A DNA stretch of 64,000 bases from Candidatus Deferrimicrobiaceae bacterium (GCA_963792415.1 CAWBVY010000004.1:480001-544000), one strand, 5' to 3'; shown: positions 40,204-50,932, counted from the first letter of the stretch. The notes: generated by a model from the letters alone, not told the origin. A program made the numbers and translations.

Positions 40204-41824
40204 ATGACGGTCCCCGCATTCCTGTCGTCGAACCTGTTGACCGTGGTGATCTTCTCCCCGCTTGCCGGCGCCCTGCTGCTCGTTCTTCCTGCCGAAGGGA
40301 AACCTCCGCCTGATCCGGAACGCGGCTTTCCTGACGGCTCTCGCGGAATTCCTCCTCTCGCTGGTCATCGTCTTCCGGTTCGACGACGCGACCGCGTCGA
40401 TGCAGTTCGTCGAGCGGGCTTCCTGGATTCCCGGCTACGGGATCGAGTATCACGTGGGCGTGGACGGGATCTCCCTGTGGCTGGTGATGCTGACCACATT
40501 CCTCCTGCCGATCACGATTCTCTCCACCTACAGGGCGGTCAACAGCCACGTGAAGGAGTTCATGATCTTCCTGCTGCTCATCGAGGTCGGTATGGTGGGA
40601 GTCTTCCTGTCGATCGACCTCTTCCTCTTCTACGTTTTCTGGGAACTGGTGCTCGTCCCCATGTACCTTCTCATCGGCGTGTGGGGGAGCGACCGTTGCG
40701 TCTACTCCGCGATCAAGTTCTTCCTCTACACGTTCGCCGGCTCCGTGCTGATGCTCGTGGCCATCATCGCCCTCTATTTCCACCATTACGATGTCACCGG
40801 GGTCAAAACGACGAGCCTGCTCAGCATGTACGATCTCACCATCCCGGTGAAACTGCAGTTCTGGCTGTTCGCCGCCTTCGCGCTCGCGTTCGCCGTCAAG
40901 GTCCCGATGTTCCCGTTCCACACGTGGCTTCCCGACGCCCACGTGGACGCCCCGACTTCGGGATCCGTGATCCTTGCCGCCTTGCTGCTCAAGATGGGGA
41001 CCTACGGGTTCCTCCGTTTCGCAATGCCGCTTTTCCCCGTGGCCGCTTCGGCCCTGATGCCTGTTGTTGCGGTTCTTGCCGTCATCGGGATCATCTACGG
41101 GGCGCTCGTTGCGACGGTCCAGAAGGACATGAAGAAGCTGGTCGCCTACTCCTCCGTTTCCCACCTCGGATTCGTGATGCTCGGCCTTTTCGCCTTCAAC
41201 AGTCAGGGGATCGAGGGAGGGATCCTCCAGATGGTCAACCACGGCATCTCGACCGGGGCCCTCTTTCTCCTCGTCGGGATCCTCTACGAAAGGCGGCATA
41301 CCCGCCTGATATTGGAATACGGGGGGCTTTTCAAGATCCAGCCGGTGTTCGCCATCGTCTTCCTGATCATAACGCTTTCCTCTCTCGGCCTCCCGGGGCT
41401 CAACAACTTCGTCGGAGAGTTTCTCATCCTGATGGGAGTATTCCGGGTGTCACCGGCATTCGCGCTGCTCGCCTCCTTCGGCGTTGTTCTGTCGGCGGTC
41501 TACATGCTCTGGATGTTCCAGCGGGTGATGTTCGGCCCGGTCACGAACGAGAAGAACCGGAACTTGCCGGACCTGAGCGCGCGGGAGGCGGCCTGCGTGC
41601 TGCCTTTCCTGGTGTTCGTCTTCTGGATCGGATTTTATCCGCAGACGTTCCTCCGGAAGATGACCGCCTCGGTTTCGGCGGTCGTGTCCAGGATCGAAAC
41701 GAAGCGGCAGGCGGCGCTCGGGGATCGCCCTTCGGACGAAACCGTGCTGGCCCGCTACCTCGATTGGAAACCGCAGGGACATCGAGGGGACCACGTGTCC
41801 GTGGCGGCTCCGGGCGGGAGATGA
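40204..41824 (+). CDS. NuoM-like subunit, copy 2; +1 frameshift near 40282
   Basis: Paralog of 32836-34413. CTGCTCgTTCTTC here versus CTGCTCTTCTTC in copy 1. Confidence 0.88.
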
Positions 41825-41889
41825 AGACGGTTCGGGGTGCGAAACGGGGGGACCCTGACATTCTCCGGATATGCGGGACAGCACAATGA
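41821..41889 (+). CDS. putative 22-aa bridging mini-ORF
   Basis: ATGA overlap at both ends; MKTVRGAKRGDPDILRICGTAQ. Confidence 0.35.
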   Translation: MKTVRGAKRGDPDILRICGTAQ

Positions 41890-43976
41890 CGCTTGCCTGC
41901 ATCGCGATCCCGCTCCTTCCGTTGCTCGCCTCCGTTGCGATCGTGCTCGGCGGCCCGTGGCTGAAAGGCCGCAGCCACTTCGTGGCGCTTCCCGCCGTGT
42001 GCGGCGCGTTCGCGCTTTCCGTCGCGGCCCTCGTCCACGTGGTCTCCTCGGGGCCGGTGCGGGCGCCGCTTTACGAGTGGATCGACGCCGGGTCGTTTTC
42101 CGTGCGTATCGGCCTGTTGGTCGACCGCCTGACCGTCGTCATGCTCGTGATGGTTACGGCAGTCGCGGGCCTGGTCCAGGCGTACAGCGTGCGCTACATG
42201 CGGGGAGACGACGGGTACGCAAGGTTCTTCGCGTGCGTCTCGCTGTTCACCGGCTCGATGCTGATGCTGGTGATGAGCGACAACCTCCTGACGATGTTCG
42301 TGTTCTGGGAAGCGGTGGGACTGTGCTCCTACCTCCTGATCGGGTTCACGTACGAGCGGAAGCCGGCGTGCGACGCCGCGGTGAAGGCGTTCTGGGTGAA
42401 CCGGATCGGGGACGCGGGGTTCCTGATGGGGATCCTTCTCGCGTGGACGACGTTCGGGACGCTCGACTCCCTCGCGATCATGCGCGATGCGGGCCGGCAC
42501 GCGGGCGACACCGTCGCGCTCTTCGGTCGGTACGGGTCGGTGAACACGCTGACCCTCATCACCATGCTGTTCCTCTGCGGGGCGCTCGCAAAGTCGGCCC
42601 AGCTTCCCTTCCACGTGTGGCTGCCCAACGCGATGGAGGCGCCGACTCCCGTCTCCGCCCTGATCCACGCGGCGACGATGGTGACGGCCGGCGTGTTCCT
42701 CGTCGCCCGCTTCGCCCCCCTGTTCGACCAGGCGCCGGTTACGCGGAATGTCCTTGTCGTCGCAGGTGCGTCTTCTGCGGTGTTCGGTGCCGCTGTTTCC
42801 ATGGTGCAGGCCGACATCAAGCGGGTCCTGGCGTATTCCACGATGAGCCAGCTGGGGTACATGATGCTGGCCTGCGGCCTCGGAGCCTACGGGCTGGCGA
42901 TCTTCCACATGGTCGCCCACGCTGCGTTCAAGTCCCTGCTGTTCCTGACCGCGGGAACCGCGATCGAGGAGGTGGCCGCCCGGCACGATTTCCCGGCGCC
43001 CGTTCGCTCCGCCGGCTGGTTGCCCGCCCGCTTCTGGCTCCTCTGGGGTTCGGCCGTCGCACTGGCGTCGATGCCCCCCCTTGTACTGATCGCGGGCGGG
43101 AAAGGTCTTTTCCAACGGGTGTCCCCATCGGAACACGGGCATCCGGTATTCTGGGCGCTGACCTGGGTCGCGGCGCTGATGACGGTGGTGTACCTGCTTC
43201 GACTGGTAAGGGCCGCAGAGCAGCGATCCGGGCCGGACGCCACGCCGCTTCGTCTCCTGACGCCGAGGGCGTTCGGATATGTCGCGGGGACCGTGGCGGT
43301 GGTGACCATGGTTTCCGTGTGGTCCCCCCTCGCCGGCTGGGCGTGGTTCGAACGCTTCATGGCTTCGGCGCTCCCCTCCCCGTCGCCAGGCGCTCCGGTC
43401 GCCTCCGCGGAAGGGGCGCTGTCCCTCGCGATCATGACGGCCATGGGCGTGACGCTTTCGGCCGCGGTGTTCGGATTCCTTCATGCGGCCTTGCGAAGGC
43501 GCGCGCCTGCGGCGCCCGGCCCGTGGGATCGATGGAGTGCCATGCTCTATGTCGTTGTGCTGAACCGCGGATACGTGGACGAGGTCTATCAGGCGGCCAT
43601 TGTCCGCCCCGTGCTGGGGATCGCGAAATGGCTTTCGGAGTCGGTCGACGTCGAAATCATCGACCGTTCCGTCGAAGGCATCGGCGCGGTTTTGGAAAAC
43701 GTCGGGAGGTGGCTGTCGACGTGCATCGAGGGAGGCATCGACCGTGGTTTCGAAGGCTTCAGCGCGGTTTTTGAAGGCGTCGGGAAGTGGCTGTCGACGT
43801 GTATAGAGGGAGGAGTCATCGACCGGGCCGTCGACGGATTCGGGGCGGCCGTCGCGGGCATGGGAGAGCGGATGCGGCGGATGCAGAGCGGGCAGTTCCA
43901 CCATTACGCCATCGTCGCGCTCCTCGGCGTCATCCTGCTGCTGGGGGTGTGCCTCGCGGCGGTAGTCGCCGGTTGA
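41886..43976 (+). CDS. dabB: NuoL-like DabB, copy 2
   Basis: Paralog of 34860-36782 with a C-terminal repeat expansion. Confidence 0.85.
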   Translation: MTLACIAIPLLPLLASVAIVLGGPWLKGRSHFVALPAVCGAFALSVAALVHVVSSGPVRAPLYEWIDAGSFSVRIGLLVDRLTVVMLVMVTAVAGLVQAYSVRYMRGDDGYARFFACVSLFTGSMLMLVMSDNLLTMFVFWEAVGLCSYLLIGFTYERKPACDAAVKAFWVNRIGDAGFLMGILLAWTTFGTLDSLAIMRDAGRHAGDTVALFGRYGSVNTLTLITMLFLCGALAKSAQLPFHVWLPNAMEAPTPVSALIHAATMVTAGVFLVARFAPLFDQAPVTRNVLVVAGASSAVFGAAVSMVQADIKRVLAYSTMSQLGYMMLACGLGAYGLAIFHMVAHAAFKSLLFLTAGTAIEEVAARHDFPAPVRSAGWLPARFWLLWGSAVALASMPPLVLIAGGKGLFQRVSPSEHGHPVFWALTWVAALMTVVYLLRLVRAAEQRSGPDATPLRLLTPRAFGYVAGTVAVVTMVSVWSPLAGWAWFERFMASALPSPSPGAPVASAEGALSLAIMTAMGVTLSAAVFGFLHAALRRRAPAAPGPWDRWSAMLYVVVLNRGYVDEVYQAAIVRPVLGIAKWLSESVDVEIIDRSVEGIGAVLENVGRWLSTCIEGGIDRGFEGFSAVFEGVGKWLSTCIEGGVIDRAVDGFGAAVAGMGERMRRMQSGQFHHYAIVALLGVILLLGVCLAAVVAG
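43659..43826 (+). repeat. ~78-bp coding tandem repeat in dabB copy 2
   Basis: IDRxxEGxxAVxExVGxWLSTCIEGG twice; ATCGACCG at 43659, 43737 and 43818. Confidence 0.85.
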
Positions 43977-44144
43977 CCCCCCCAAAAAATCCTCAGGGCC
44001 TGATCCGCAAGGCAATAAAAGAGAACCTCCTGTCGCCGGGGGGACCGGCGCGACTCCCGCCATCCCCAACGCTGCGAAAACGTAACCGTAGTTTCGTCCA
44101 GGGGACTTCGTCCCGAGGTGGTCGGCCGTGATCGGCCGGGAGGG

Positions 44145-44178
44145 AAAAAAAGCCGCCGGGGATTTCCCCCGGCGGCCT
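44145..44178 (-). terminator. rho-independent terminator of the MFS gene
   Basis: On the minus strand GCCGCCGGGG-gaaat-CCCCGGCGGC followed by T7. Confidence 0.85.
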
Positions 44179-44210
44179 TGAAGCGGTTGTACCCCTCTGA
44201 AGACGGTCGA

Positions 44211-45480
44211 CTAGGCGTCGTGCGACGGCTTCTTGAGGATGAGCACCAGGATGATCCCGAGGACGCACATGCCCGACAGGGTGAAGTAGGTCTGGTTGTA
44301 CCCGGCGGCGATGTCTCCCGCCTTCTTCGCCGCGTCGACGATGCCGGCGAAGTACCCCGGGACGACGAACCCGCAGATTCCCCACGCCGTGAAGACGGTG
44401 CCGTAGTTGGCGCCCACGTTCTTCGGGCCGTAGAAGTCGGCCGTGAACGACGGCATCATCGCCAGGTAGCCGCCGTACGAGAAGCCGACCAGGCACAGGC
44501 CGGCAAGGGCCTGCACGAAGTTGGTGGTGTTCCGGAGCAGGAAGAGGCAGGCGACGATGTAGACGACGAACATGGCGACCGTCGTCGGCTTTCCGCCCGA
44601 TCTTGTCGGAGGTCGCGCCCCACGCGAGGCGGCCGACCCCGTTGAACGCGCTCATCAACCCGAGGGCCGCGGCCGCGGACATGATGGCGGTGCCCGCCGC
44701 CATGCCCTTCATCACCGGGACTGCCTGGCCGATGGAGACGATCCCGACGCTGGTGCCGAGGAAGTAGATGAACCACAGGCAGTAGAACTGCCACGTCTTG
44801 ACCATCTCGCCCGTGGTGAACTCCGCCTTCTGCACCACGCCGGCGGCGCTGGTGGCCGCGGCGGGAGGAGTCCACCCTTCCGGCTTGTAGCCGGCGGGCG
44901 GGACGTCGTAGATCCGGGCGGCGCCGACGACGCAGACCAGCATGATGACGCCGAGGATGCCGAAGGTCCGGGGAACGGTGGTCGACCACATCGCCGCATC
45001 GGGACCGAGGAGGGCCGAGATCAACGGCGCGAAGATCATCGAGCCCGCCCCGAAGCCGAGGACCGCGAGGCCGACGATCGTCCCGCGCTTGTCGGGGAAC
45101 CACTTCACGCAGGTGGCGATCGGGGTGACGTAGGCGAACCCGACGCCGAGGCCCCCGATGATCCCGTAGGCGAAATTGAGGCCCATCGGGTTCTGCCACA
45201 TGAGGGCCGAAAGGAAGCAGCCGGCGGCCAGCAGGCCGCCGCCGACCGAGCCGACGAGTTTCGGCCCCTTCTTGTCCTGCCAGAACCCGGCGATGATCAT
45301 CGCGACGGTGAAGAAGAGCAGCGAGTAGCGGTACGGCGCGATCGAGGTCTTCCCGTCCCAACCGTTCGTTTTCTCCAGAACCGGCCGGAACACCGACCAG
45401 GAGTACAACGCACCCAAGCACAGCTGCATTACCAAGGCGGCGTAGACGAACTTCCAACGATTCACCTTCTCAGCCATCAT
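44211..45480 (-). CDS. OFA-family (oxalate/formate antiporter-like) MFS transporter; +1 frameshift near 44591
   Basis: LGALYSWSVF, KWFPDKRG, NGVGRLAWG, ADFYGPKNVGANYG. Removing one A restores IGRKPTTVAMFVVY. Confidence 0.88.
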
Positions 45481-45872
45481 TCCCCTCCTTCTTGATATGA
45501 TCCCTCATTGAATCCAATCGAACTCGCGAACTCGGTCCCCTCAATCACGGTCGATACGTCCCGGGTCCACCTCCTTTCGGGGAGAAGCGGTTTTACCCTG
45601 TAAAATAAGATTTCCCTATCTTCTACCTCAAACGAAAAACCGGTGTCAAGGGAATTGTAAACGCGGTTTTATTGTCGTTTACCGGTTCGCCTGCGGGATC
45701 GGGCCGGCGATCGATCGGGGCGTCCCGCCGGAGTGGCATCGGAGGGGCGCAGGACGTGAATCGCCGGGCGATCGGAGGCGCGCCGGGAAATCGATCCGGG
45801 GAGGGAATCCGGGTCGTGGGGATGGGGCATCTAATCATGAAAGAGCGATGGCACGCGAGAGGAGAACCCGAC

Positions 45873-46352
45873 ATGAGCCCCTTCCAGGAGATCAAGACCG
45901 TCCCCCCCGTCCAGGCGATCGGCATGCGCGGGGAGATGTCGCTGTGGAGCGTCGACACCGCCTTCGGGCGGCTCTACGACAAGGCGTTGGAAGGTCGGCT
46001 GATGTTCCGCCAGCCGGCCATCGGGGTGCGCCACGGGGAGGTCCGGATCCCCGACCCCTTCCGGTCCGAGTACCACGTCCTCTTCCCCCTGAACCAGAAT
46101 CCCGGGATGGAGATCCCCGGCGCCGAGATCGTCGACCTGCCCGGCGCGGAGGTCGCCTCCTTCGTCCACCGGGGTCCCTACGAGTGGATCCAGTGCACCT
46201 ATGAAAAGGTGCTAGACTGGCTCCGGGAGAACCGGTACGAAGCCGCGGGGGAGGCACGAGAGGTGTTCTTCGTGGCCCCGGAGCCGCACTCGGGGGGAAC
46301 CCAGGACGACATGCTGACCGAGATCCAGGTCCCCATCCGTCCGGCGGCGTGA
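45873..46352 (+). CDS. GyrI-like small-molecule-binding protein
   Basis: LPGAEVASFVHRGPYE, YEKVLDWL, LTEIQVPI; GAGGAG RBS. Confidence 0.85.
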   Translation: MSPFQEIKTVPPVQAIGMRGEMSLWSVDTAFGRLYDKALEGRLMFRQPAIGVRHGEVRIPDPFRSEYHVLFPLNQNPGMEIPGAEIVDLPGAEVASFVHRGPYEWIQCTYEKVLDWLRENRYEAAGEAREVFFVAPEPHSGGTQDDMLTEIQVPIRPAA

Positions 46353-46380
46353 ACCGGCTCCCCGGAGGGACGGGGAAGGC

Positions 46381-47508
46381 TTGAGCGATCGGGAGAAGAT
46401 CTTCCTGACCCACCTGTCGTCCTGCGCCGGTTGAGCGTCCAAGCTGGGGCAGGGGGTCCTTGCCCGCGTGCTGTCCGCCTTGCCGCCGCCCGACGATCCG
46501 CGCGTGCTCGTAGGCACCTCCCACGCCGACGACGCGGGGGTCTTTCGCCTTTCCGCGGAGGAGGCCCTCATCGGCACCCTCGACTTCTTCACGCCGATCG
46601 TCGACGACCCGTACCTGTACGGTTCGATCGCCGCCGCCAACTCCCTGAGCGACGTGTACGCGATGGGGGGGGAGCCGCTCTTCGCGCTCGCCATCGCCGC
46701 CTTCCCCGAGGACGAGAAGATCCTGCCGTACCTCGCGGACGTCATGGCCGGCGCCGCCGGCAAGGCGAAGGAGGCCGGCGTCTGCATCATCGGGGGGCAC
46801 ACGGTGAAGGACAAGGAGCCGAAGTTCGGCCTCTCGGTCACCGGCCGGGTCCACCCCGACCGGATGTGGCACAACCGGGGGGCGAAGCCCGGCGACGCGA
46901 TCGTCCTGACGAAGCCCCTGGGGACCGGCATTGCCACCTCGGCGATCAAGTGGGGGATCTGCCCGAAAGGGACGGAAGAGGCGGTGATCGCCTCGATGGC
47001 CCGGCTGAACGCGTATGCTTCGAAAGCGGGGCGCGAGGTCGGGATCTCCACGGCCACCGACGTGACCGGGTTCGGGTTGATCGGGCACCTGCTGGAGGTG
47101 GTCGAGGGGAGCGGGATCGCCGCGGAGATCCGCCTTGCGGACGTCCCGGTCTTCCACGGGGTGCGGGAACTCATGCGGAGGAAGCGCGTGGACGCCCTGA
47201 CCGGCAGGTGGCGGTTTCCGGGATCGGAATGGATCCACGCGACGTTCGGCGGGCACCCGATCCCCGGGGGGACGCACCAGAATATAACGCACCAGCTCGG
47301 GCGCGTCCGCTTCCCGCCCATGCTGCCGCCGGAGGAGGCGTTTCTCCTGTCCGACCCGCAGACCTCCGGCGGGCTCCTGATGTTCGTCCCCGAGGCTTCG
47401 GCCGAGGCGCTCTGCGACGCCTTGCGCTCCGCGGGCGAGGGCGCGTGGCGGATCGGCCGGACGCTCGAGGCGGGCGACCTCCCGATGCAGCGGATCACGG
47501 TAATCTAG
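46381..47508 (+). CDS. selD: selenophosphate synthetase, Sec-containing (UGA at 46432-46434)
   Basis: MSDREKIFLTHLSSCAG-U-ASKLG is in frame with DDAG, DFFTPIVDDP, GGHT, TDVTGFGL and DPQTSGGLL. Confidence 0.93.
46447..46465 (+). promoter_or_regulatory. candidate bacterial SECIS hairpin
   Basis: GGGCAGGG-ggt-CCTTGCCC starting 12 nt after the in-frame UGA, with G at the start of the loop. Confidence 0.6.
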
Positions 47509-47587
47509 CTTCCGGTCTTCCCCCCCCCCCCCACCCGGAGATTCTTTGAGGTACTATGGCAGGGACACCGCGAGGGGGGGTGGGACG

Positions 47588-48490
47588 ATGCGGAAGATGG
47601 CGTTGGGGACCGTCCGATCGCTTTCGGTGAAGTGTCTCTCCGAGCTGTCGTGGCACGACAACGCGCGGATGCGGCTGGACGTACGGGAGGCGGGCGGGCT
47701 GCAGACCGCCGACCAGTTCGACGTGAAGTGGACGCCGGGGAACGCCGCCGGCGTCTCCGCCCTCCTGTCGATGGTCGATGCCGAAGGGGTCTCCAGGACG
47801 ATCCTGATGGACGTGGGCTGGGACGTCGAGTACATGGACGGCGTCTTCCGCCGCGAGGGGGTCGACCGGCTCCTCGCCGACGGGAAGATCGACCTCGTCT
47901 ACATCACCCACGAGCACGTGGACCATTTCTGGGGGATGCCCGCCGTCGTGAAGTACCGCCCCGACGTGAAGGTCGTCCTCCCCGCCGGTTTCTCCCCCCG
48001 CAGCAAGGAGCTGCTGGCATCGTCCGGCCACAAGGGGGAGGTCGTCGAGATGCCGCCCGGCCCGCACCTGCTCTTTCCCGGATGCGCCTCCGTCACCTTC
48101 GACCAGCCGATCTTCCTCAAGACCCACGGGGAGCAGGTCCTCTACGTGAACATCGAGGGGAAGGGGATCGTCACCGTCACCGGCTGCTGCCACCCCGGGG
48201 TGATCGGGCTGCTCGAATACGCGAAGGAGCACTTCAAGGAGTTCCCCGCCTTCCACGGCGTGTACGGCGGCCTGCACATCGCCCCGTTCGAGGAGTGGGG
48301 CCCCCCGCAGGAGGAGCTGCTCGACAAGATGGAGGCGTTCCGCGTCCGGAAGTTCGCCTGCAACCATTGCACGGGGGAAATTGCGGCGCGGAAGATGCGG
48401 GAGCGCGGCATGCCCGTCGTCGGCGGCACGGCGCGCCACGGCAGCAAGAGCGTCCTCTACCCCGGGAACGGCGACACGGTCGACTTCTGA
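47588..48490 (+). CDS. MBL-fold metallo-hydrolase (COG1237-like)
   Basis: LMDVG, THEHVDH, GCCHPG, GGLH, NHCTG. Confidence 0.85.
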   Translation: MRKMALGTVRSLSVKCLSELSWHDNARMRLDVREAGGLQTADQFDVKWTPGNAAGVSALLSMVDAEGVSRTILMDVGWDVEYMDGVFRREGVDRLLADGKIDLVYITHEHVDHFWGMPAVVKYRPDVKVVLPAGFSPRSKELLASSGHKGEVVEMPPGPHLLFPGCASVTFDQPIFLKTHGEQVLYVNIEGKGIVTVTGCCHPGVIGLLEYAKEHFKEFPAFHGVYGGLHIAPFEEWGPPQEELLDKMEAFRVRKFACNHCTGEIAARKMRERGMPVVGGTARHGSKSVLYPGNGDTVDF

Positions 48491-48524
48491 CGTTGCCCGC
48501 GAGCCCGACCGCTCCCGTCGGCGC

Positions 48525-49814
48525 TTACCCGTTCCACCGCTCGATGAGCCGATAGACGATCTCCGTCATCTCCGCGATCCCGGCCAACGGGATCCGCTCG
48601 TCCACCCCGTGGATCTTCCCGTGCTCGGCGCGCGGAAGCAGCGCCGGCATCAGCCCGTACGTGGGGATCCCGATCGACCGGAAGAAGCGCGAGTCGGTGA
48701 AGCCGGTGGACATGTACGGCACGACGACCGCGTCGGGGTGCACGGCGAGGACCGCCGCCTCCATCGCCCCGTAGAGCGGCCCCATCGGCGACCCGTTCGG
48801 CACCTCCGCGAAGAGGATCTCGACCGACACGTGGAGGTCGGCCACCAGGGCCCGCAGCCGCGCCGCCACCTCCTCCGGCTCCTCGCCCGGGACGATCCGC
48901 GCGTCGACCGTCCCCTCCGCCGAGGACGGGATCACGTTCGGCTTGAACCCCGCCGAAAGCGTCGTCACCGCGAACGTGTTCCGCAGCAGCGGGTCGATCT
49001 CGGGGAACTTCGCCGCGAGAGCGTCCAGCGCCCGGGACTCTTCGGCACCCCCCCGCAGCGCGTCCACGTCGAGGTCCGAGAATCCCTTCGCGCGCAGCAC
49101 CCGCAGCATGTCCCGCACCGGTTCGGTGAGGCGCGCCGGGTCCCGGTGCTCGGCCACCCGCGCCATCGCCCGCGCCAGCCGCGCCGGGGCGTCCTTCGCC
49201 GACGGGCGGCTGCCGTGCCCCGCCCTCCCCGCCGCGGACAGCTTCATCCACACGGGCCCCTTCTCCCACATGTTCAGCAGGAAGAACTTCCCGCCATCGC
49301 CGAAGACGTCGGTCACCCCCACGCCGCCCTCGTTCATCCCGAACGCCGCGCCGATCGGGAACGGCAGGTTCCGCACGAAATATTCCGCCCCCTCGCCCCC
49401 GCCGACCTCCTCGTCCGCGTTCGCCACGAGGAACAGCTTTCTCCGCAGGACCCCGGCCTTCGCGGCGCGCAGCGCGGCGCACCAGTGCGCGACCCCCAGG
49501 CCCTTCGTGTCCAGCGTCCCGCGCCCGTACAGGAAGCCGTCCCGCACCTCCGCCGAAAACGGCGGCACGCTCCACTCCTCCGCCCTTGCCGGCACCACGT
49601 CCATGTGGTGGATGAGGACCAGTCCCGGTTCCTCCGTCCCCCCGACGTGGCAGAGGACGTTCGGTTTCTCGGGCACCGCCCCGAACGTGACCGGCGACAG
49701 GCCGCTCTCCCGCAGCGTCCCGCAGAGCAGTTCCGCCGCCGCCCGGCAATCCCCCGGCGGATTCGACGTGTCGATCCTCACGTATTCGGAAAGCAGCGCA
49801 ACCGGGTCCGTCAT
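48525..49814 (-). CDS. M20/M25/M40 metallopeptidase
   Basis: HMDVVP, GRGTLDTKG, DEEVGG, GFTDSRF, HGVDERI. Confidence 0.9.
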   Translation of the reverse strand: MTDPVALLSEYVRIDTSNPPGDCRAAAELLCGTLRESGLSPVTFGAVPEKPNVLCHVGGTEEPGLVLIHHMDVVPARAEEWSVPPFSAEVRDGFLYGRGTLDTKGLGVAHWCAALRAAKAGVLRRKLFLVANADEEVGGGEGAEYFVRNLPFPIGAAFGMNEGGVGVTDVFGDGGKFFLLNMWEKGPVWMKLSAAGRAGHGSRPSAKDAPARLARAMARVAEHRDPARLTEPVRDMLRVLRAKGFSDLDVDALRGGAEESRALDALAAKFPEIDPLLRNTFAVTTLSAGFKPNVIPSSAEGTVDARIVPGEEPEEVAARLRALVADLHVSVEILFAEVPNGSPMGPLYGAMEAAVLAVHPDAVVVPYMSTGFTDSRFFRSIGIPTYGLMPALLPRAEHGKIHGVDERIPLAGIAEMTEIVYRLIERWNG

Positions 49815-49891
49815 TGAAGTTCCCCCTGTTTCGGGATACATTTTCCTGACCGCGCAAGAGCGGCCCACATCGCGCGCGAGGGGACACCCGC

Positions 49892-50932
49892 ATGCCCAAG
49901 GCACTGATCACCGGCATTACCGGACAGGACGGATCCTACCTCGCCGAGTTCCTGCTCTCGAAGGGGTACGAGGTCCACGGCATCATCCGCCGCGCCTCCA
50001 CCTTCAACACCGGCCGCCTCGACCACATCTACCTCGACCCGCACGCCGCCGGCGCCCGCATGTTCCTCCACTACGGCGACCTGTCGGACGGCGGGCAGCT
50101 CACCAACCTCATCTACAACGTCCAGCCCGACGAGATCTACCATTTGGGTGCGCAAAGTCACGTTCGCGTTTCCTTCGACATCCCCGAATACACCGGCGAC
50201 ATCACCGCCCTCGGCACGATCCGCATCCTCGAGTCGCTGCGCCGCGCGGGCGGCAAGGCCCGCTACTACCAGGCCTCCTCCAGCGAGATGTTCGGCGCGA
50301 CGAAGCCGCCGCAGGGGGAGAATGCGCCCTTCTATCCCCGCTCCCCGTACGGGGCGGCGAAGGTCTACTCCTACTGGATGGCGGTCAACTACCGGGAAGC
50401 GTACAACATGTTCGCCAGCAACGGGATCCTCTTCAACCACGAATCCCCGCGCCGCGGCGAGACGTTCGTCACCCGCAAGATCACCCGCGCGATCGCGAGG
50501 ATCAAGGCGGGGGAGCAGAAGGAGCTGTTCCTCGGCAACCTCGACGCCCGGCGCGACTGGGGGTTCGCCTACGAATACGTCCAGGCGATGTGGCGCATCC
50601 TGCAGCACGACCGGGGGGACGATTTCGTCGTCGGCACCGGCCAGTCGAACTCGGTGAAGGAGTTCCTCGAGGAGGCGTTCGCCTACGCCGGCCTCGACTG
50701 GAAGGAGTACGTGAGGATCGACCCGAAATATTTCCGGCCCACCGAGGTCGAGAACCTGGTCGCCGACGCCTCGAAGGCGAGGAGGCTGCTCGGCTGGGAG
50801 CCGAAGGTAACGTTCAAGGAGCTTGTGCGGATCATGGTCGACGCCGACCTGGAGGACGCGGGGCTTCCGACCCCCGGCGAGGGCCGCAGGATCCTCGCCG
50901 CCAAGGGCTTCCCCGTCGCCTCGAAACTCTGA
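49892..50932 (+). CDS. gmd: GDP-mannose 4,6-dehydratase
   Basis: [37 protein letters not shown]. Confidence 0.97.
   Translation: MPKALITGITGQDGSYLAEFLLSKGYEVHGIIRRASTFNTGRLDHIYLDPHAAGARMFLHYGDLSDGGQLTNLIYNVQPDEIYHLGAQSHVRVSFDIPEYTGDITALGTIRILESLRRAGGKARYYQASSSEMFGATKPPQGENAPFYPRSPYGAAKVYSYWMAVNYREAYNMFASNGILFNHESPRRGETFVTRKITRAIARIKAGEQKELFLGNLDARRDWGFAYEYVQAMWRILQHDRGDDFVVGTGQSNSVKEFLEEAFAYAGLDWKEYVRIDPKYFRPTEVENLVADASKARRLLGWEPKVTFKELVRIMVDADLEDAGLPTPGEGRRILAAKGFPVASKL

Noticed and set aside
47520-47532. C13 homopolymer (and G10 at 10385-10394) as phase-variation tracts
   Set aside because: Intergenic, not clearly between promoter boxes, and homopolymer lengths are unreliable in this assembly.
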